A DNA stretch of 64,000 nt from Lama guanicoe (lineage: Eukaryota), in contig MU054338.1 of NCBI GenBank assembly GCA_013239625.1, forward strand, positions 2,482,977-2,546,976, given 5' to 3'. Below are positions 23,901 to 33,385 of this stretch, piece after piece. Numbering within the stretch: the first letter of the stretch is position 1; every line of letters begins with the position of its first letter. Below the pieces are notes generated by a model, which was not told the origin of the DNA, searched no databases, and saw only the letters and a list, made by a program, of their open reading frames with translations. The translations under genes were made by a program, and so were the position numbers.

Positions 23901-24367
23901 TAAAGGCAAAAGAAAAGAGTACACTTACCGACCCTGATGGGGCAATGTTCTTTTACCCCTTTTTTAAGCAGACACAGGGCTAGTTAATTCTTGGACAGAA
24001 ACCATGGCAAGCCCAGGGTGCCAAGGAAAGCCGTATGGGTGATTTAGTGGATGGCATTCTTCCATTTGTGTCTTAATGACCATGTGTGGTCACAAGGAAC
24101 AATCTAGTGGGTCTGGCGAATGCAGCTCTGCCACGTTGCTCTGGCTAAAGGCCAGCGTGGTAATTACATACGGCCTCTCTCCAATTCCCTGCAGCTCTAA
24201 CTAGATAACTCAGGCTGCATGCTTTTTACAAAAGCAGGTCTGCTTTAATGTTTTCTCTGGATTGCATACTATCTTCCCTCCTCCCCGTTATTTACAATAA
24301 GCACTGTGCTAAAGGCTTTACATGCACAATCTTACCTAGTCCTCACAATAGCCTTCAGAAGTAGATG

Positions 24368-25004
24368 CAGTTGATTCTCATTATTGGTAGCAGTTCTGCT
24401 CTACAAAGTTGCTGCAAACACTGAAACAGCAAATATTGAACCATTGCTCATACAGGAAACACAGGGTTAGGTTCCTGCGAGGCTCTGGTCACAACATTTT
24501 TGTCAACCGATCAATACATAACCTTGTGTTATGTGTGTTTTTTGTTTAAAGACATCTTATTTAATATCCCTTGTAGGTTCTTTAACATTGAACTCACAGT
24601 GAAAAGCACTGTAACTCATGCATGAAAGAAGCTTATCTAATGTGTATTTTCTCCACAAGGCACATCACAGCCTTCTTGTGTTAACAAACACTAGACAGCA
24701 CTTCAGCACCATGCATGGGGGCCATTATAAACAGCAAAATCACCAACAAAAGAACAAAAATGTTAAAAGCACACCACTAGGTAAACCCCCAAAAGAATAG
24801 CTGTTTACTGTTTAGGCTGAAATAAAGCTGGTTCAGCCTCAGCTGGGAATACGTGAACAGCCAACATTCAAACTTTTCACTTCTCTATGTCGTCTACAGA
24901 TGACCCTGGAAGCACCATGAGTATTGATTTTGGAGGTTACAAATAAATTTCAGCCAGTAGGCAAATCTACAAATATGGAAACTGTGAATAATGAGGATCA
25001 AATG
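24368..25004 (+). mobile_element. MER82-like Tigger (Tc1/mariner) non-autonomous element inserted in a MIR
   Basis: Terminal inverted repeats CAGTTGATTCTCATTATT ... AATAATGAGGATCAAATG, about 640 bp apart. MIR-like sequence on both flanks. Confidence 0.85.
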
Positions 25005-25112
25005 TAGTTGTGTGAACCCCCTTTCAAATTAGGAAAATGGAGGCACAAGAAGGTTTAGCAATTTTGTTGCCTCAACAAATTTTACTGACAACTAACTATG
25101 TTTTCGGGTATT

Positions 25113-25335
25113 CAGGTTTTTAACTCCCGCACTGTTGATATTTGGGGCCAGATAGTTCTATTTGGGCAGGGGGGGGTGTCCTGTGCATTGTAGAGTATGT
25201 AGCAGCATCTCTGGTCTTTACCCACTCGATGCTAGTATCTCCTCCCTCCCCCAAGCTGTGATGACCAAATATGTTCCCATACATCATCAAATGTCCCCTA
25301 AGGGGTAAAATCATCCACAGGTGAGAACCACTGGT
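25113..25335 (-). mobile_element. MER20 DNA transposon
   Basis: gcactgttgatatttggggccagatagttc...gtcctgtgcattgtag...aaatgtcccct...gtgagaaccactg. Confidence 0.85.
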
Positions 25336-25404
25336 CTAGGGATTAAAGGTACAGCAATGACAAAAGGCAACATCTCTGATCTCACAAAACTTACATTATG
25401 GGGG

Positions 25405-26380
25405 AACAGGGGTGAGGAGTTAGTATTTAATGGGGACAGAGTTTCAGTTTGGGAAGATGGGACAGCTCTGGAGATGGACAGTGGGGAGGGTCACACATTA
25501 TAAATGTAATACCACTGAACTTTACATTTAAATATGATTAGTCCACAAATGATAAATGCTGGAGTGGGTGTGGAGAAAGGGGAACCCCCTTACACTGTCA
25601 GTGGGAATGTAATTTGGTGCAGCCACTATGGAAAATAGTATGGAAATTCCTTTAAAAAACTAAAACTAAACTTACCATATGATCCAGCAATCTCACTTTT
25701 GGGCATATATCCAGAGAAAACACCAATTCGAAAAGATACATGCATCCCCAATGTTCATAGCAGCACTACTGTAAAGCAGCATTTTACAATAGCCAAGACA
25801 TAGATGCAACCTAAATGTTGCAAAAGATGATTGGATAAAGAAGTTTGGTATATATATACAATGGAATATTATTCAGCCATTAAAAATGAAATAATGCCAT
25901 TTGCAGCAACATGGATGACCTAGAAATTATCATACCAAGTGAAATAAGTCAGACAGAGAAAGGCAGCTATTACATAATATCACTTATATGTGGAATCTAA
26001 AAGAATGAGACAAATGAACTTATTTACAAAACAGAAACAGACTCACAGACATAGAAAACAAACTTATGGTTATCAAAGGGGAAAGGGTGGGGAGAGGGAT
26101 AAATTAGGAATTTGGGATTAGCACATACACACTACTATATATAAACTAGATAAACAACAAGGTCCTGTGGTACAGAACAGGGAACTATATTCACTATCTT
26201 GTAATAACCTATAATGAAATAGAATATGCAAAAGAATATGTATATATACATATGACTGAGTCACTATGCTGTACTCCAGAAACAAACACAACATTGTAAA
26301 TCAAGTATAAAAAATACTGGTAAATAAATAAATAAATAAATAAATATTATTAGAATGACAAATTTTATGTTATGTGTATA
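25405..26380 (+). mobile_element. LINE-1 3' end (25545-26345) with (TAAA)n tail, nested in an older L1M
   Basis: aaatgctggagtgggtgtggagaaaggggaaccc...cagccactatggaaaatagtatgg...; (TAAA)n tail at 26322-26345. Confidence 0.9.
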
Positions 26381-26444
26381 TATATATTACATATACATAT
26401 ATATATATATACACATAAACCACATTTAAGATCAAGAGGCTTTT

Positions 26445-26596
26445 ACTTTGTTGTTGTTGTTTTTGTTTTTCTCTGAGGGGGGAAGTGATTAGTTTCTTCT
26501 TTTTAAATTTATGTTTTTAATGGAGGTATATGGGATTGAACCCAGGACCTTGTGCAAGCTAGGCATGCACTCTTACTACTCAGCTATACCCTCCCC
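26445..26596 (-). mobile_element. tRNA-Ala-derived SINE (camelid Vic-1-like)
   Basis: tggaggtatatgggattgaacccaggaccttgtgcaagctaggcatgcactc...tcagctataccctcccc. Confidence 0.88.
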
Positions 26597-26625
26597 ACTG
26601 TAAAAAGAGATTTAAAAATAAACCT

Positions 26626-26710
26626 GGGGAGACTATAGCTCAGTGGTAGAGTGCGTGCTTAGCATGCACGACGTCCTGGGTTCAATCCCATATACCTCCA
26701 TTATAAATAA

Positions 26711-26750
<40 letters not shown>

Positions 26751-26795
26751 GTAAACCTAATTGCCCTTCCCGCCAAAATTTTTATTTTAAATAAA
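26626..26795 (+). mobile_element. tRNA-Ala-derived SINE with internal (TAGA)n microsatellite
   Basis: ggggagactatagctcagtggtagagtgcgtgcttagcatgcacgacgtcctgggttcaatccc. Pol III A and B boxes visible. (TAGA)n at about 26712-26750. Confidence 0.92.
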
Positions 26796-26847
26796 ATAAC
26801 CAGACAAGAGCCAAGCTTGGTGCACTCAGCAGCGCGGCGGTGGCGGC

Positions 26848-26868
26848 TGCAGCACCACGGACAGCTCC
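26848..26868 (+). promoter_or_regulatory. RE1/NRSE (REST-binding site)
   Basis: TGCAGCACCACGGACAGCTCC matches the consensus TTCAGCACCACGGACAGCGCC at 19 of 21 positions with canonical spacing. Confidence 0.85.
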
Positions 26869-27599
26869 CGGTGCACTCTCACGGAGGAGTTGCTGCTGCT
26901 TTACAAATGGTCTTCTGTTCAAAGTGCCTTTCTCCCCTTTCTTCATCCAACTCCTACTCACTCCTCAGGGCCCAAGTCACATGGTCACCACCCCTGCCCC
27001 GCTATGGGAAATCTCCCCATGCGCCTCCCCACCTCCACCCTCGCCCCTCACCCCCACAAGCCACTCTGCTCCAAAGATGTCTCTAAGTCAACCCAGACTC
27101 CCTTGCCCATCTGCTTCTCAGAGTAGGAGTTCTATGAAAGCAAACTCTTATTCACGTTTCGGATCCCAGTGCCCAGCACTAGAACTGACCTGGATTTACA
27201 GTTCAGTGTCTCTCCCCAGAGCTCCACTTCCTCCAGCCAAGAGGTGCAAAGTCCAGATCTTGTGCTGGAGGCTCTGGGCTCTCCTTCCCTGCTGTGGAGC
27301 AGTTAGTTGCCTTTAGGCCTTGGGTGTAAGACCCTGACGTAGTGGGCGGGGCAAACACGTGAATAGCCTGTCGTCTGAGATCCGCAAGGAGAGCCAGAGT
27401 CTATGCATTCTATCTGCGTTTCCCCAACATTTCCTTTGTGCTGGGTCCTGCCGCCCTCTGCAGAGAACATTGCAGTGTACAAGACCAACCAAGTCTCTTT
27501 TCTCTTGAAATTTATATTCCAATAAGGTGGAGTCCTAGGATAAACAGAGAAACAAGTAAATTTCAAATAGTGGTGTTATAGTAAAAAAAAAAAATCAGG

Positions 27600-28175
27600 C
27601 TCCTCAATATCTTAAACCCAGAATCAGCGTATGACCCAGCAGTGCAACTTCCATGTATATAACCAAAAGAACTGAAAACAAGGATTAAAGTAAATCCATG
27701 TACACCCATGTTCATAGCAGCACTATTCACAACAGCCAAAATATAGAAACACTTTCTGTTTATCCACTGGTGAATGGATAAACAAAAAATAGCATATGTA
27801 TACAGTGATTCAGCCATAAAAATGAATGAAGCCCTGGCACACACTACAGTTTAGATGATCCTTGAAAAATCATGCTCAGTGAGAGAAGACAGACACAAAA
27901 GATAGTGTAAGTATACCACTGATACGAAATATCCGGAAGAGGCAAATCCACAGACACAGGAAGTGGATGAATGCCAGGGGCTGGGGGAGGGGGGATTAAG
28001 GGACTGCTTAATGTGTATGGGATTTCCATTTAGGGTGATGAAAAAGTCCTGGAACTTGATAGTGGTGATGGTTGCACAACATTGTGAATGTACTCAATAC
28101 CATCGAACACATACTTTCAAATGGTTAAAATGGTCAATTTTTATGTTCTGTGTATTTTACCACAATTTAAAAAAT
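27600..28175 (+). mobile_element. Old L1M 3' fragment
   Basis: atgacccagcagtgcaacttcc...catgttcatagcagcactattcacaacagccaaaa...ggtgatggttgcacaacattgtgaatgtact. Confidence 0.85.
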
Positions 28176-28464
28176 TATAGTGAGAAGGAAATCAGACTAG
28201 GTAATGAGATGGAGGATGATGGAGTGAGAGGCAAGATAGTCGGAGTCAGGGAAGGCCTCTCTGAGGAGATTACTTCTCAGCTGACACTTGAATAATGCCT
28301 ACGTCTGAGGGAGAAGCTCTCCTGACAGAGGGAACCAGCTTGTGCAAAGGCCCTGTGGCGGCAATGAATTTGATGTGTTCACAGAATAGGTGAAAAAAAA
28401 AAACCGAGTGATTCAGAGGGACAGAAGGTAACAATAAGCATCCGCTCTTACTGAGGGATCACGT

Positions 28465-28890
28465 ATTAGGCTCCTGTGGTGCCATAACAAAGCACTACAA
28501 ACTAGGTGGCTCAAAACGATTTTTTTCCTCTCTCAGTTTTGGAGGCCAGAAGTCTGCAATCAAGGTAGTCTGGGGACTGTAAGAGAGAATCCATTCCGTG
28601 CCTCTGGGACTTCTGGGGATCCTTGGTATCTCTTGGCTGCAGAGGCATCACCCTGATCTCTTTGTCTCATGTGGTGTCCCCCCTCACAGGTCTTCTCCCC
28701 TTCTCTTCTCTTATAAACGCACTTGTCATGCGATTTAGGGCTCATCTTAAATCCGGGATGATCTCATCAGGAGATCCTTAACGTAATTCCATCCGCAAAG
28801 ACCCTCTTTCCAAAGAAGGTCACATTCGCAAGTTCCAGGGGTTAGGAGACAGACATATCTTTTTTGAGGGGGGCACCCATTCAATCTACC
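28465..28890. mobile_element. MLT1-type LTR
   Basis: gccataacaaagcactacaaactaggtggctcaaaac...gatgatctcatc...gcaaagaccctctttccaaagaaggtcacattc. Confidence 0.85.
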
Positions 28891-29542
28891 AGTCTAAAGT
28901 TTTTTTTAAAGCAACACCGGAAAAAAAAAACGTGCAGAGAACTTTTCTCATGCTGCGGCACTGTGCTAAGCCCCCGACGGGCAACATCTCATTAAACGCT
29001 GAAACGCCAGTACAATAAACTGAGTCCCAGCGGGAAAAATCATTTACCCCGCTGGGTCCCCCAGCTAGTCAGTGGCCAAACCAGTGTTCAAACCCACTTA
29101 TGGTCTGAATTCAGAGGATGCACTCAACTCTGCACCATTCTATTAAGGCCCTGAAGTCTCCCAGGGTGGCGCTACCACACGCACAACTGCAGGGGGCGCC
29201 TTTTCCTCGGCGGCCCCGAGCAAGTGTGTCTGCAAAGATTCTGCCTCCCCAGCACCCAGGCTGGCCTATGATAGTAAGTGGCCGGCTGAGGGATCCACGA
29301 CATGGGTCCATGAGAAAATTACTCCCTCCCCTCCACCTAATCTAAGGAATGAGGCCATCGCCGCCACTTATTTATTTATTTATTTATTTATTCCTTGTTT
29401 TGTTTTTAAATCTGTGATGCGCCATCAGGAAATCATTTCCGCTTCTGCCCCTGGTGAGGCTTTTAGAAATGCTCCCCTCTCAGCCAATGGAGAGCACCGA
29501 TTCTGGCAGGAAGCTGTGCTTTTTGGTCAGCCCTGCCCCCAC

Positions 29543-29563
29543 NNNNNNNNNNNNNNNNNNNNN
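29543..29563. other. Assembly gap (21 N) in the ATCAY proximal promoter
   Basis: Run of N. Confidence 1.
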
Positions 29564-29599
29564 AGCATAATTAACTGTCTTAAGGAAGCCGAGCCTCTG

Positions 29600-29931
29600 G
29601 CAGCAGTGAGCTGGCAAGAAGAAAACACCTCGGAGGCACGAGCTGTGACGATGACAGGGGACGCAGCCGCAGCTGAGCGAGGGGGAGCCGACCGCTAACT
29701 GCAAGCCGCTCCCCGTCCCTGGACAAAAGCTCCCTTCTGCGCCCGCCACGTTGCTCTGGGTGACCTTCCTTGGATGCAGAGCCGGCCCCTGCGTGCATCT
29801 TCCTCGGATGCTCTGAAGGCCCGGGGACCGCGCTCCGAAGGCGAGGGATGCCCGGCTGCATCCGCCCGCGGATCGTCTTTGTTTGCGCGTAGCCGGGAGA
29901 GGCCGCGGAGGTAGCTGGGACTCACGCGGAG
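29600..29931 (+). other. ATCAY: ATCAY non-coding exon 1 (5' end approximate) in a CpG island extending to about 30700
   Basis: CpG-rich segment ending in a strong donor GAG|gtgagt at 29931/29932, about 2.2 kb upstream of the ATG-containing exon. The TSS cannot be determined from sequence. Confidence 0.75.
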
Positions 29932-31079
29932 GTGAGTCTCCTTTCCTCCTCCTCGCCCTGCCGAGGGAGGTTGTCCCTAGGCGTCTGCTGCTGGCAGGTG
30001 GGGCGGGTGGGAGCGGAGACCCGCGGTCTTGTGATCCTTCAGATGGCAACACCTGCATTTTCCCCCACGCGCCGCACACACCCCCACAGTTCGCCTCCTC
30101 TCCCACCGCTCACCTGGAAGGCAGAGGACTGCACCATTTCCAGGACGTGCTTAGAGATCAGGCGGATCAAACCGTCCGCCCCTCTCCGGGACGCTTCCTA
30201 AGAGGCCGAAACGTACACGTCCCACCTCTGGGCATTTCCTATTTATAACGCCGTGAGCGGATTTGGAGAAAGGATTTGATAGGTGTGTACACAGAGGCTT
30301 GCCTATGGGTGGGGAGGAAGGGAGATGGTTGAAGACGGGGATTCCTCCTCCTCGGTCCGAACTCGTGTGTGACGTGCTAACCGCTCGGCACCACAGCGGC
30401 AAGGAGCGCTCGTCAGCCTCCGCTCGCTGCCTTGCTCGCCGGCCTGGAACGTGAAGTCAGACCAGAGGGCAGGAGCGTCCAAGCCCATCGGGCCCCCCCC
30501 CCACACCGCGCACTGAGGAGTCTGGGGCCAATTCGTAAGACTCCAGATCCTCAGCTGTGGGTGGGGCGGAGGTGGGTGGTCCCTTCCGGGGGCTGAGGTC
30601 ACACCCAGCTCTGGATAAAGAAACAGACGCAAAGACCACTCCCTTCGGAAAAAACGGATTTCTGTTGACGGGAACGTTCCCTCGCAGGAAGGCTTTGGGG
30701 TGCTTGTTGCCCGTAGCATCAGGAAGAGATCTCTCTTTTTCCCATACTGCATCTTCCTGTCCCTCCTCCAAGAATGAATGACGACATTCAGGGCAGTGAC
30801 AAGAATCCAGCGAGAAACTCTCACTGAAGAGGGGAAGGGTCAAATTTCAGACATCCCCTCCTGCCCACCTGGCCCTCACCCGTCTGGGGCTGCCTCTGAA
30901 TCCTCCCTCTCTGAGCTGCAACCCCAGAGGCAGGCCCACCATCCACAGGGGCTTCGGTCCAGCTAGAGGCTTTGGAAGGCACAGCCAAACTGACAGCCAC
31001 AAACCAGCTCTAGAGGGGCAGCCGCAGCGGGGAGGGGAAGGGGTGGAGGCGGGGACCTCAGGTGCTAGCAAGTGAGGGT

Positions 31080-31303
31080 GACAACTTCTCACTCTCATAT
31101 CCACAGACCTTTGGGGCCGGGCCCTTCTTAGTCACGAGGGGCCATCCTGGGCACTGCAAGGTGTGGAGAAGCGTCCCTGGTCTCCACCCACGTGATGCCA
31201 GTAGCCCCCACCCCATGCAACTTATGACAACCAAAAACGCCTTCAAGTATTGCCAGGCGCCCCGGGGAGGGGGAGGCGTCAGCCCCAGTTGCGAACCACT
31301 GGC
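31080..31303 (-). mobile_element. MER20-like DNA transposon
   Basis: catcctgggcactgcaaggtgtgg...gtccctggtctccacccacgtgatgccagtagc...gacaaccaaaaacg...gttgcgaaccactg. Confidence 0.75.
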
Positions 31304-32202
31304 TTAAAGCACAGAACCTGTGCTGTTATTTGAGTCATGAGATCCTGGGTGTTACGCCCAAAGGGATCATGGAGATCGTTTCTAGACCAATTCTTCATTT
31401 ACAGACAGGGAAACTGAGGCAGGGGAAGTCACCATGCCCCAGGGTAGACCCAAATTCAGTCTCACTCAGCGGTTCTGACCACACTCCCAGACAGCCCAGC
31501 ACTTAAGCCACCATCTCAGCCCCCACTCCATCCCTGCTCCCAGCTGGCTCCTCACACCAGTCAAAACAAAACTGGCATTTTGTAGTTGGTAATCATTATG
31601 ATTCTGATTCTCAATCCCAGTCACTTTCCGCACTGCCTTTTTCAGTCCTAGGGTCAGGTTGTCAGGACTTGCTTCTTCACAATGGGGGTTGGGGGTACAG
31701 AGGGGCAGGACAGGTGGGCTGGGGCAGACAGAGGTGGGTTGGGGTTAACCAGGTCCTGTTTGAATGTCGGTCCCAGCATGGGAGCTTAATTATATCAATC
31801 ATCAACATTTTGGTATAAATGGTATTAACTCACTTTATTCCCTCCCAGTTGAAGTCCAAGGTGGGGAGGGGCGGTGAGGGTCCCATGGGGAGGGTGACTT
31901 TCAGACCTTCAAAGGTAGCTTATAGCTGGAGGCTCAGCTCCTTATTTGGCTCAGACTCCAGACCCACATGGGTGGTCAGCTTTCCATGCCTCTATTTTCT
32001 CACCTGTGAAATGGAGAAGCCTCACAGGGCTGGACAATGATTCAGTAAGATGATGGACCCAACAGCTCTTTGCAGATCGATCTCAGGGAAGTTCTGTGTG
32101 GGTAGGGGGTGGTCATTATGATGACTGTCCAGTAAAACCTCTGTCCATGGCCCTCCTTCAGGATTCATCCCTGCATCAAGTCAGTACCTCTTCCCAGCCC
32201 CC

Positions 32203-32279
32203 ATGGGGACCACCGAAGCCACACTCCGGATGGAAAACGTGGACGTGAAGGAAGAATGGCAGGACGAGGCTCTGCCCAG
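32203..32279 (+). CDS. ATCAY: ATCAY (caytaxin/BNIP-H) exon 2 coding part; the exon starts at 32162
   Basis: Acceptor ccctccttcag, 41 nt of 5'UTR, then [25 protein letters not shown](R). Donor CAG|gtacag. Confidence 0.97.
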
Positions 32280-32914
32280 GTACAGCTCCCCAGGTCTCTG
32301 TGTCAGCTGGGGAGGGAGTCGCCCGGCCCTTCTCCCCGGTGTGGTGCAGAGACACCCCAGTTGACCAGGCCAAGCACATAATTAACACTTGCTGAATTAT
32401 TTAAGATTGATTCCCCACCTCCCCTCATCCCCGCCCCTGCCAAAGTGCCCAAATAGCTCCCATTCCCACACTATTACGAAATCAAAACATCCTTCTAGAA
32501 CCATCTCATGGATTATTACAATCATCTCACCTGGGTTCCCATGAATCCTGGTAATAGTGTAGTTTTACCTGCAGCAGCACGCCTGCTTAAAAACCCTGGG
32601 GCAAATGTTCCTCCCACAGAACATCCGGGTTTCAGCCTCCACTTTCTCCTTCACCCTCACCTCCCATCACTCCCCGCCCCCTCGTGCCCTCCAGCTCCAG
32701 CATCTGCCTTCCTGTTCCTTCGCTGTGCTGGGCTTCCTCTGACTTTCAGAATTCACACTGGCTATTCCCCATGCCAGGAACACTTTTCCCCAGACACGTG
32801 CCTCTGTCACCTCCTTCAGGTCTCCACCAAGAGGCCACCTTCTCAGAGAGGCCCTCCTGGCCCTTTCATTATCCCCTCCCCCAGTCCCTGAATTGTCTCC
32901 TTCCTAAGTAACAG

Positions 32915-33385
32915 CCCTTCCCAGATACCCACACCCTAATCCCTGGAGCCGGAGAGCAGCGTTCCCTCACATGGCAAAAGGCATCTTGCAAATGTGATCG
33001 AGTTGAGGATCTGAAAAACGGGGAGATCATCCTGGATTATCCAGGTGGGTCCTCAGCATAATCACAGGGGTCGGCAGAAGAGGAGGGCTGAGGGGGATTT
33101 GAACAGAGAAGTAGGAGTTGTGATGATGAAAGTGACAGCTTGGAGTCACGGGAGGAAGGGGCCACGAGCCCAGGAAGGCAGGCGTCTCTAGAAGCTGGAA
33201 AAGTCACCAATAAAGATTCTCTCCAGGAGCCCCCAGAAGGAGCCAGCCCCGCTGACACCCCGCCTTTGCCCAGTGAAACTGAGTTTCGACTTACTTCTGG
33301 CGTCTAGATTCATAAGAGGACACATTTGTGCTGTTTTAAGCCACTAAATGTGTGGTAATCTGTTAGAGCAGCCGCAGGAGAGTCG
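32915..33385. mobile_element. MLT1-type LTR (MLT1D-like)
   Basis: cctaatccctggagcc...gggagatcatcctggattatccaggtgggtcc...tctagaagctggaaaag...tgttttaagccactaaatgtgtggtaatctgttagagcagc. Confidence 0.85.

Noticed and set aside
26626..26700. Apparent tRNA-Ala gene (also at 38129 and 43131)
   Set aside because: Multiple diverged copies with A-rich tails and TSDs, and imperfect stems. These are SINE heads, not tRNA genes.
32138..32155. RE1 half-sites (ctgtccatgg here; also about 37550, 59393 and 62610)
   Set aside because: Only one half of the motif matches, which is not distinguishable from chance.
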